A stretch of 64,000 bases of DNA, taken from NCBI RefSeq assembly GCF_000315625.1, contig NW_005434655.1, forward strand, positions 43,899-107,898, given 5' to 3'. The first letter of the stretch is position 1; each line of letters begins with the position of its first letter. This DNA is from Guillardia theta CCMP2712. Taxonomy: Eukaryota > Protista > Cryptophyta. Below the pieces are notes generated by a model, which did not search any database, was not told where the DNA came from, and saw only the letters and a list, made by a program, of their open reading frames with translations. Shown here piece by piece: positions 54,558 to 64,000 of the stretch. The translations under genes were made by a program, and so were the position numbers.

Positions 54558-55556
54558 ATGCTCCCCCTCCTTCGTTCTGCGACGAGGCTCTCCGCCCTCC
54601 CCATCCGCTCTCTTGTCGCCTCCTCCTCCTCTGCCTCCGCTATCAACACCCTCGCCTTCAAGCGCCTCCTCGCCTCCGCCCGTGGAGGTCCCCCCAGGGA
54701 AGACCCCACCATCGTCCATGACATGGTCCACTTCAAGACCTCTACCAACGTCCATCCCCTCGGCGTCTCCAAGGTGGCCGTGTCCGACAAGGAGGTCTGG
54801 GCCAACCCCATGCAGCACTCCGTCTGGACCGAGGAGGAGGTCAACAGCATCAAGAAGACCCACAAGAAACCCGAGGACATGGTCGACCGTGTGGCGCTTG
54901 CTGCGGTGAAGGCAGCGCGGTGGTCTTTCGACACTTTCTCTGGGTATCGCTTCGGCAACCTCACGGAGGGCAAGGTCATCAACCGCATCTGCTTCCTCGA
55001 GACCGTCGCGGGAGTGCCCGGCATGACGGCGGGCATGCTTCGTCACCTGCGCTCCCTGCGCATCATGGACCGTGATCACGGGTGGATCCACACGCTGCTG
55101 GAGGAGGCGGAGAACGAGCGCATGCACTTGCTGACGTTTGTCAAGCTCCGCAGGCCGGGGCCTCTCTTCCGCGCAGCGGTCGTAGGGACGCAGGGAGTGT
55201 TCATGAACGTCTTCTTCCTGTGCTACCTGGTGAGCCCGCGGTTCTGCCATCGGTTCGTGGGGTACCTCGAGGAGGAGGCGGTGAAGACCTACACGGACAT
55301 CATCAACGCGATCGACGACGGGCGCCTGGGACACTGGAAGACGCAGGCCGCCCCTCAGATCGCCATCGACTACTGGCACCTCAAGCCGGAGGCGACCATG
55401 AGAGACTTGATGCTGGCGGTGCGAGCGGACGAGGCATGCCATCGGGACGTGAACCACACGCTGTCAGGGCTGAAGGTAGACGAGACGAATCCGTACGTGC
55501 TGGAGCACGCGCAGGCAGCACAGCAGAGCAGCAAGATCGAGGCCGGCAAGGCTTAA
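54558..55556 (+). CDS. AOX: Mitochondrial alternative oxidase, copy 2 (intronless, same protein as copy 1)
   Basis: Same 332-aa protein from ATG 54558. The overlapping alternate-frame ORFs in the track also match those of copy 1. Confidence 0.97.
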   Translation: MLPLLRSATRLSALPIRSLVASSSSASAINTLAFKRLLASARGGPPREDPTIVHDMVHFKTSTNVHPLGVSKVAVSDKEVWANPMQHSVWTEEEVNSIKKTHKKPEDMVDRVALAAVKAARWSFDTFSGYRFGNLTEGKVINRICFLETVAGVPGMTAGMLRHLRSLRIMDRDHGWIHTLLEEAENERMHLLTFVKLRRPGPLFRAAVVGTQGVFMNVFFLCYLVSPRFCHRFVGYLEEEAVKTYTDIINAIDDGRLGHWKTQAAPQIAIDYWHLKPEATMRDLMLAVRADEACHRDVNHTLSGLKVDETNPYVLEHAQAAQQSSKIEAGKA

Positions 55557-56938
55557 ACAGTCGAAGGATTTGATCATCTCCGGGACTGAATTTCACGTGT
55601 GAACTGCAATGAGGAGACAAGGATTCCTCATCAAGGATTCTTCATTACTTTAAATCTCAATCAGCGGCCGTTTTCTGACCAACAGTTACCGTCAGACGGC
55701 GAGAGTCGAACCCGGTGACCGGCGTACGGTCACGGTTCAACGGTTGACGGCGTTTGTTGAACTGTGGCGGCCGGCACAATTTTTGTTGCTGCTATCAATA
55801 TTTTTTTAATGTACTAGTTATTTTGCCCAGACTGCTATTTGACATCTTTCAGTGTTTACAGTTACTGTCAGTTTTCAATAAATTTCAGAAAAATGATCAC
55901 CAGTCATCTGACCCGTGATTGGCACCTCACTGGCGGGCTCCGCCGAGGCTCCGACTCCGACGAGTCCCGAGTCAGTGCGGCGGATCCTGCGCACGCGGCG
56001 CCGCGGCCCGGCCCGCCGTGGGTTGTGACTCAGTGACGGGCCTAGGCCGGGCCGCGCCATGCCGCACTCATCAATCAGCCTCCGATCACGGCCCGGCAGC
56101 CCGGCAGCCCGGGCCAGCCTAGTCCGGCGACCAGACCAGAACTCGGAATCCGCCACCGGCGGACCGTCCGGCGCGGTCGGCAGTGTGAGGGGATGAGGCG
56201 CAAGCTGTGTCCATTGTCTACCCCCTCTTTAGGCTGTTATTCGAGGGGTAAGTGTGCTTGAGTGATAAACCATGGGTAGGGGTGTAGTCGTACATGGAAA
56301 GCAGGGGTACTCTAGAACTTCAAGGTAGGGTAAGTGTTCTTAGTACCCCTAATTCTAAAGGTATTTCTATGGGGTACAATTAGGAAATTTGAGATGAATA
56401 TCACTGGTGGGTAGGTAGGGTGATGGGGTGGTGTATTTGTGGGGGTAGTATGTGATATGTCGCAAGGCAGTAGCGAGAGAGGGAATGTGAGGAGAGGAAA
56501 ATATGGGGACAAGGATGAGAGGGAGGAAGGCAGGAGCAGGCGATGCAGGTATACATGCAGGTTTACATGTAGATACACGTGTAGATACAGGAGCAGCAGG
56601 TACAATGAAAATAGAATCATTGATCGAGCGAGGTTTGCAGAAAGCAGACACGAGAAGTTCTGGAAGTGGAGAACAACTGCAGATGTCGATTTTACGGGAT
56701 AAGAAGGAAATGGAAATGAAATAACGATAGTGGTATTAATTTGGTTACGGAGAATTCGCATGAGAAAACGAGATTGCAGCCCGAGATCCCTGTCATACTC
56801 TCTAAGAATCCATCAAATCTGCTTACATTGTCAGCATTTATGTGAAGAGTGAAGTTGAAAACTGTAACAGCACATGCTGGCTATTTGCTAGAACACCTGA
56901 TACTTGCAATCCTTCTGATCTGGTTTCACGTGCAGGTG

Positions 56939-58612
56939 ATGTGGCGCAAAAAAGTGGTCGGGCAACTTCCATGCCGACTTTTCTCCGCGGTTGCTGCCCC
57001 ACCAGGGGTGGTGATCTCACCTGCAGCTGGGTTTCTGCTCAAGAACAACCCCTCACTCTCAATCAATGAGCTGTCCTCGAAGGCTGCATCCCGCTCCCCT
57101 GCTGGCCATCCGATCATTACCAAGGTCGACTCCTTATGCTTCACAGGATAAATTTCTGATGTCTTGCTGTACTTTCAGGCTGATGTTCTTGCTGCCTTGG
57201 GACTTGTTCCATACTCCTCCCTAGCGCCTTTGAGGAGTGCTCAGCCAGCGGCTCCCCCTCCTCCATCCCCTACCCCTCAAGCAGCACCCTCTCCCTCGAA
57301 GCCTGCACCAGCGGCTGAAGCTGCCGTGAAGGAGGAGAAACCTGTAGATTCCACTCCTGTTCGGCGCAGCCTTGTATTCAAAACGCACAGAACGCATGAG
57401 GATGTCCCAGTGTCTCAGGCATGTGACTTGGCTGCGAGGTTTGTGAGATTATCTAACGGTACACAGATGCGAAAGATCATTGCAAAGAGGCTGCTCGAAT
57501 CCAAGCTCAACCTTCCACACTCGTACATGTAGGCGGTCGAGTGTGGAGCAAGAACAAGGATTGTGAAGTATTCATGCAGGACGGTGGAGGTGGAGATGGA
57601 CAACTTGCTGGAGCTGCGCAAGAAATTTAATGACAAGAATGGCTCGAAAGTAGGGGCAGAGGAGCAGTTGTTAGGGTTTTGTTGATGCATGTGCAGGTTT
57701 CTGTCAACGATTTCGTGATCAAAGCTGTTGCGAGCGCCCTGAGAAGCGTCCCCGAGGCTAACGCGTAAGTCTGCTTTCTTGGTCCTTTTCTCCGCCCGAC
57801 AGAAATGGGAACAGGTATTGGACTGAAGACAGCATCAAGTTCAACCAGAGCGTCGATGTTTCTTTTGCTGGTGTGTAAAGCCTCTATTTCGATGGTGAAG
57901 ACCTTCTGACTCCTTCTCAGCTGCCACTCCAGCTGGGCTCATCACCCCAGTCATCCGAGATGCAGACAAGAAGCCGATATTGAAGGTCGAGATCAACTGC
58001 CCCATCCTTGCTATGGAAACTCACGGCTCCGCAGGTCTCTGCTGAAGCCAAGGACATGGCGGTGAATTCCAGCAAGTGGAGTTCAATTGCTGTTCAGTGA
58101 TCGTTGTTGGCTGCAGGCGAGGGCCCGGGGGAACAAGCTCATGCCCGAAGAGTTCACCGGAGGATGCACTTCTGTGAGCCACGGCTCGTCTCATCAAGCA
58201 TTCTTCTGACTCCTCCCTCAGGTGTCGAATCTGGGGATGTATGACATCACAGAGTTCATCGCTGTGTTGAATCCTCCTCAGGTGCTCACAATGATTCTCA
58301 TGGTGAATCCCTCATTGTCTGCCTCAGTCCACTATTTTTGCCGTTGGGAGCACCACACCGAAGCTTGTGCCATCTGAGAAAGGAGGTGAAGACAAGGCTG
58401 TGTTCCACCTCCCGGTGACAAAGTTGCAATAGGACTGAAGACCAAGAATGTCATGAAGGTCAGCCTGACCCACGATGGGCGAGTGGTGGATGGAGCGCTT
58501 GCGGAGAAGCTTTGCTCAATCTTCAAGGTGAGGGTGTAGGATGTGAGTTCTCGCCTATAGTGATGTCTGATTGCAGGAGGCGATTGAAAGCCCGGCAATG
58601 ATGTTCATGTGA
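56939..58612 (+). CDS. Pyruvate dehydrogenase E2-like / E3-binding-protein-like subunit, multi-exon
   Basis: E3-binding domain (SPAAGFLL...IITKADVL), then MRKIIAKRLLESKLNLPHSY, VSVNDFVIKAVA, ATPAGLITPVIRDADKK, SNLGM, LNPPQ, SLTHDGRVVDGA. Confidence 0.88.
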
Positions 58613-58799
58613 AATCGTTGTGAATGCAGCTTCCCTAATCCATCAGCGGTTGTGCTTTCGATCAGTAAACTGGCCGAGTTTTGTTGCTTCAACTTTCTCA
58701 TGATTTGGACCCATGGATTCGTCTGCGTGACAACGCTTGTTCCCTCAATTTCATATGTATTCATTTATCTCCTCATGATGTAGAAAACAAAATGAACAC

Positions 58800-59859
58800 T
58801 CAGTCAATGATACCACAATCTTGGATCACAATTTCCTTGCTGGGTTTGCCCGAAGAGTCTCCAACCTGCCAATTCAGGTCAAACGCAAGTGATGGAGGAG
58901 GTGGCGGAGAAAGATACCGCTTCGATCTTCTTGACGACGTCATATCCCTCAAGTACCTCCCCGAACACAACATGTTTTTCATCAAGATGACTGGCTGGAG
59001 CAGTGGTGATGAAGAACTGCGACCCGTTGGTGTTCTTCCCTGCATTGGCCATGGAGAGCAAGCCATGCTTGCTGTGCTTGATCTTGAAGTTTTCGTCGTT
59101 GAACTTCTCGCCGTAGATCGACTCTCCTCCTGCATACACGATCAAACCACGAACGATCCTGACACGCAGCGACTCACCTGTCCCATCGTGATTGGTGAAG
59201 TCTCCTCCCTACAGCCAGATCTCGTGAGTCCAACCAAATCGTAGGGGAAGAGGAAGAGAGATCCACCTGACACATGAACTTGGGGATGACGCGATGGAAG
59301 GTAGAGCCCTTGTAGTGCAGTTGCTTCCCGCTCTTGCCTACACCACTCTCTCCTGGAGTGAAACATATAGTCAGAATCCACAGGTGCAGACCAGCACTGT
59401 CATCGCTGTACCAGTACACAAGCACTTAAAATTATTCACAGTCTTCGGAACTTGCTGTCCGTACAATCCCATAACGATTCTTCCTGCCGGCTCTCCTCCG
59501 ATGGTGACATCAAAGAAGCATCGTTGAGTAACGGTTGTATCGGCAGGAGTGTCCATGCTCTTGAGAAGGTATGCCCATTCTTCCCACGACTTAGCTTTCT
59601 TGAGAGATACGATGATGCTCCTTCCCATCTTGTCGTCGCGCTCAATCTGCCATCCGCTCTCCTCTACTATAACTTTCAACCCCCCCCAAAACTCGTCATC
59701 CAAAGCTGGTGCTTCTCCCTTGAGCCCTAAGGTCATCCTGGTTGGTGTAAGCTTGAACTCTACATCCTTACTCTTCACATTCTGCTCTATCGGCATCACC
59801 ACCTGCATCATCCCTTCGTCCCCGTCCGCATCGTTTCGCCATTCCCATTCCCTTGCCAT
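58800..59859 (-). CDS. Cyclophilin-type peptidyl-prolyl isomerase with an N-terminal CS/p23-like domain
   Basis: Cyclophilin motifs [61 protein letters not shown]-terminal [21 protein letters not shown]...SGWQIE...VSLKK...WAYL is NudC/CS-like. Confidence 0.92.
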
Positions 59860-60607
59860 TTTCGCCACAAGCCGCAATCTTCCTTCGAACCCCCTTACAG
59901 AAAAATAGACTCCCCCGGTTTCACTGCATCCACCCCTGGTTTCTACCACCCCCACCCATCGTTACCGATGGAATTTCACATCTCCATGTGTGCTACCCCA
60001 CAGTCATCTACCCCTACCCCTTATATTCCTATATTGTACCCCCTTTGTAAAGCCCTCAGTGCATACTACCCTACCCCAGTACAAGCTATGCGGTACGTAA
60101 CACACCCCGTTGGGGCACAAGATACGCTCGAGATGAGATTCTCGAATCCAACCACCCCACCCCACCATCTCCCGTAACGACTCCTTCATTACCACCCACC
60201 CCTGAACCATCCATTCTTCGATCTATCTCTACTTGACTATAGACACGGAGCAATTATTGTACCCTTCGATTTACTGGTAATTTGAGGGTATTCAGGGTAC
60301 TCACAAGCGCCGAATCTCGGGATTGTTCCATCTATAGTCAAAATAAGAATTTCTTCCAGCTGGCTGGCTGGCATGGTGCAGCCCGGATGCTTTCTGAGAG
60401 GAGCCGCCGGTTTGTTCACACGGACGTGTAGCCCCTGAGGCAGGCTCGATTTGTGTTCAAAGACCACCCGTGGAACACCAACATGTACCCCTACTAAGAC
60501 CCTGATTTGAAGGGGTGGTGATACAAGACATATAAAAGGGCGGGGGACAAGCGGGCGAGGAAGCGAGGAGGGGAGAAGGGGGGAAGCGGAGAGAATGGGA
60601 GGAGGAA

Positions 60608-60723
60608 CAGCAGGAAGCAGGAAGCAGGAAGCAGGAAGCAGGAAGCAGGCAGCAGGAAGCAGGAAGCAGGCAGCAGGCAGCAGGCAGCAGGCAGCAGGCA
60701 GCAGGCAGCAGGCAGCAGGCAGC
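60608..60723. repeat. 7-mer (GCAGGAA/GCAGGCA)n repeat
   Basis: Directly visible, upstream of mevalonate kinase. Confidence 0.9.
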
Positions 60724-60988
60724 GGGAGGGAAGAAATAGGCGGGCTCGAACAGGAGGAGGAATTGACTGAGCAACGATATGGCAGGATAGAAGTCCGCCA
60801 CTAGGCGGCAGGTCAAAGTTAGGTCGCATAGAAGTGTATCAATGAAAGGACAGGTGCTCAGTGACGAGGACAGACATGTAGAAATGATCATGTGCTGAAT
60901 GACCTCATCAGAGTCTACTGAGGCTGAGCACGAGGGACGCGTGGCGACCGGGGCTGACGTCTGTCGGTGTTGCGCAGGAACAAGCGCT

Positions 60989-61724
60989 ATGTCATCACAT
61001 CGCGGATACGGCAAGCTGATCCTCTTCGGCGAGCACTTCGTCGTCTACAAGGTCCCAGCACTTGTGGCTGCCGTCTCGGACTTTACCGACTGCAGCGTCA
61101 CGCTCACGGAGGGTGGAAGCGGCGTGAATCAGCAGGACAACCGTCCTGCTGTCCCTGGGTACAAGGACGAGAAGAAGGAGGAGCACGATCAGGCTGTGGG
61201 CCTCGTCCTCTCTCACCTGGGAGTAGACACTAGCAAGCAACAAGTTGACATCGTCTTTGGAGGAGACCTGACTGCCGTATCCGGCATCGGTGCCTCTGCT
61301 GCTGCCTGTGTCGCCCTTGCCCGCGCGGTTGCACACGCACAGGGAAAGAAGTTGACAGAGGAGGAGATCAACCAGGCAGGATATGAGGGAGAGAAGGGAT
61401 ACCACGGTACCCCCTCGGGTATCGACAACACTGCGGCGACCTACGGTGGTATCCTCAAGTTCCAGAGGACTGAGGAGGGGTCTACCTTCCTGCCCAAGAC
61501 CCTCAAAGTGAAGGTGGAGATCGTGTACGCGAGCACGGGGATTACTGCGAGCACGTCAAAGGTGGTTGGGGACGTGAGGAAGAAGAAAGAGGAGGAGCCG
61601 CAGTGGTTTGATGCGCTGCTCCAGCGCTACCTGAAGCTGGTGGAGGAGGGCGAGAGCAAGCTGGAGGAAGGAGACTGGAAGAGGGTCGGAGAGCTGATGA
61701 ACGACAATCATGTGCTCTGCCAGG
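60989..61724 (+). CDS. MVK: Mevalonate kinase (GHMP family), 3' end lost in the gap
   Basis: Motifs GYGKLILFGEHFVVY, SGIGASAA, EKGYHGTPSGIDNTAATYGG, GELMNDNHVLC. Confidence 0.9.
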
Positions 61725-62624
61725 NNNNNNNNNNNNNNNNNNNNNNNNNNNNNNNNNNNNNNNNNNNNNNNNNNNNNNNNNNNNNNNNNNNNNNNNNNNN
61801 NNNNNNNNNNNNNNNNNNNNNNNNNNNNNNNNNNNNNNNNNNNNNNNNNNNNNNNNNNNNNNNNNNNNNNNNNNNNNNNNNNNNNNNNNNNNNNNNNNNN
61901 NNNNNNNNNNNNNNNNNNNNNNNNNNNNNNNNNNNNNNNNNNNNNNNNNNNNNNNNNNNNNNNNNNNNNNNNNNNNNNNNNNNNNNNNNNNNNNNNNNNN
62001 NNNNNNNNNNNNNNNNNNNNNNNNNNNNNNNNNNNNNNNNNNNNNNNNNNNNNNNNNNNNNNNNNNNNNNNNNNNNNNNNNNNNNNNNNNNNNNNNNNNN
62101 NNNNNNNNNNNNNNNNNNNNNNNNNNNNNNNNNNNNNNNNNNNNNNNNNNNNNNNNNNNNNNNNNNNNNNNNNNNNNNNNNNNNNNNNNNNNNNNNNNNN
62201 NNNNNNNNNNNNNNNNNNNNNNNNNNNNNNNNNNNNNNNNNNNNNNNNNNNNNNNNNNNNNNNNNNNNNNNNNNNNNNNNNNNNNNNNNNNNNNNNNNNN
62301 NNNNNNNNNNNNNNNNNNNNNNNNNNNNNNNNNNNNNNNNNNNNNNNNNNNNNNNNNNNNNNNNNNNNNNNNNNNNNNNNNNNNNNNNNNNNNNNNNNNN
62401 NNNNNNNNNNNNNNNNNNNNNNNNNNNNNNNNNNNNNNNNNNNNNNNNNNNNNNNNNNNNNNNNNNNNNNNNNNNNNNNNNNNNNNNNNNNNNNNNNNNN
62501 NNNNNNNNNNNNNNNNNNNNNNNNNNNNNNNNNNNNNNNNNNNNNNNNNNNNNNNNNNNNNNNNNNNNNNNNNNNNNNNNNNNNNNNNNNNNNNNNNNNN
62601 NNNNNNNNNNNNNNNNNNNNNNNN
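61725..62624. other. Assembly gap (900 N) covering the 3' ends of MVK and truA
   Basis: N run. Confidence 1.
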
Positions 62625-64000
62625 GGAGGGAGGTTTCCTACCATGTGGTAGAGGAAGGAAACACCTTTCACATCCACGACGATGAGACATGGAGAGACTC
62701 TCCGAACCTTGATGTCAAGAACTGTGCGGACGCAATGACCTCTCCTGCTCCCTGTTCAGCTGCTTCTCCCCTCCTCCTCCTCCCCTCCTCCTCCTCCTCC
62801 TCCTCCTCCTTCTCCTCTTCTACCATCTCCTCTTCTTCTCTCCTCTCCTCCCCTCCCCTTTCCTCCCCTCCCTCCTTCCTTCCTCTTCCCTCCACTTCCC
62901 CACCCCCTTCCTCTTGCTCACTTTTCCGGGGGAGCGCCGAAGGACACAAAGTCATGCTCGCCTATGAGAAAATTCGCAGCCTCCTGCATCGCGTCCTCGT
63001 CCAGTGGCTCCGGGACATGCCAAGCACTGGGGCTGTCAGCAAGTGGAAGAGGCAGAGGCAAGGGAGCACGTGGTAGGAAGAAACGATCAAGGGAGGTAAG
63101 AGACGTTGGAAGCAGAGAAGAGAGGAACGAAGAGAAGAGCAGCAAATGTTGCACAGGAGAAGGAGAAGGAGAAGGAGGACGAGAGGGAGGAGCAGGAGCA
63201 GGGTCCACCTGTTGCGGACGAGGGCGGAGCGATGGTCGTGGTTGAAGATAGTGTACTCATACCTCCGAAAGCGAGCAGAATGACGAGCATGAAAGTCCGG
63301 ACTGACCTGCCACGAGATCAATCCGAGCCATCTTATCTCCTCCTCCTGATCCTCTCCTCTTCTCCTCCTCCCCTCCTTCTCTCTTTTGCCCCTGCTCCTC
63401 GTTGTTACTGTTGCCCCCGTCCTCTCCTCTCCTCTCTCCTCTCTCCTCTCTCCTCCCTTCTCTCTTCTGCTCATACAGTCCTGTCCTCATCTTCCTCCTC
63501 TACCCATGATCATTCTCTCCTACCTCTTCGATAGAAGTGATTGAAATGTCGGGCGGTAGCGTCGAATTCATCGCTCCGTGCAGCGCCTTTGCTCCATGGA
63601 ACCAGTTAGGAAGTTGAAAATGGATCTGTAGAACATGATAAGTTCCATTACCATCTGCTCTTTCATTATCATTATCACAACCACCACCACCACCACAACT
63701 ACCATAATCCTCTTCCTCTTCCTCGCCATCTTCGTGATCATCATCACCATCCGCATTATAGTCATCATCCTCATCCTCATCCTCATCCTCATCCTCATCC
63801 TCATCCTCATCCTCATCCTCATCCTCATCATCATCATCATAGTATCTATCAACATCTCACCACTTGACCGGAAGCATGTACCCCTTTGTCCGTCCTTCCT
63901 GCTACGAATGTTTCCGTTCCTTCGCCTTTGTTCAGGCATCGGAGCACGCTCTCGATCTCTTGCTGGAGGAAGGAGAGGAGCATCAGAGAACAACTGAAAC
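62625..64000 (-). CDS. truA: tRNA pseudouridine synthase A (TruA family), partial, multi-exon
   Basis: Exons encode AGRTDKGVHASGQV, MNSTLPPDI, DFHARHSARFRRYEYTI, MQEAANFLIGEHDFVSF, KGVSFLYHM. Both ends are truncated (gap and window edge). Confidence 0.9.
63763..63840. repeat. Intronic (CATCCT)n / (CAT)n microsatellite
   Basis: Directly visible within a truA intron. Confidence 0.9.

Larger units (their letters stand above)
52311..55556. repeat. Inverted repeat with 999-bp arms (the AOX CDSs) and a 1,248-bp spacer
   Basis: 52311-53309 is the reverse complement of 54558-55556. Flanks diverge immediately (gaac-ATG vs gacc-ATG; TAA-tttt vs TAA-acag). Confidence 0.95.

Noticed and set aside
52410-55457. 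312/322-aa ORFs antisense to AOX
   Set aside because: Shadows of GC3-rich codons. Useful only as evidence that the two copies are identical.
52311-61724. AOX, E3BP-like and MVK as a functional metabolic gene cluster
   Set aside because: Mixed orientations, interleaved unrelated genes and no shared pathway evidence. Proximity is plausible by chance in a gene-dense genome.
60899-63076. 725-aa ORF suggesting an MVK fusion
   Set aside because: Artefact of reading through 900 N. The sequence after the gap is antisense truA.

Overview
Gene-dense eukaryotic nuclear DNA with short (~40-60 nt) GT-AG and some GC-AG introns, CTGAC-type branch points, microsatellite-inflated introns and three N gaps. 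Two genes carry bipartite signal+Phe leaders, which points to an alga with a red-derived complex plastid; a cryptophyte (Hanusia/Guillardia-like) is my inference, not a proven assignment. About 19 protein genes are supportable. In order: a >1,400-aa intronless LRR-ankyrin-C2-MIB/HERC2 protein absent from the ORF track, an ARMT1/DUF89 phosphatase, two coiled-coil proteins, a TLC protein, glucose-6-phosphate 1-epimerase, a single-domain voltage-gated cation channel, a BCCT transporter, kanadaptin, argininosuccinate lyase, a saposin-like/HVA22/C2 protein, F-box, Kelch and LRR proteins, two alternative oxidase genes, an E2/E3BP-like protein, a CS-cyclophilin, mevalonate kinase and TruA. No tRNA, rRNA or CRISPR array was seen. 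The most notable observations are: (1) two apparently identical head-to-head AOX genes whose identity runs exactly from ATG to TAA; (2) a saposin-like + REEP/HVA22 + C2 fusion; (3) an E2-like PDH subunit with no lipoyl domain and no catalytic His; (4) a recurring intergenic grammar of GC-rich palindrome islands plus strand-oriented GGGGTA zones. Exon boundaries were read by eye, so outer coordinates of multi-exon genes are approximate.
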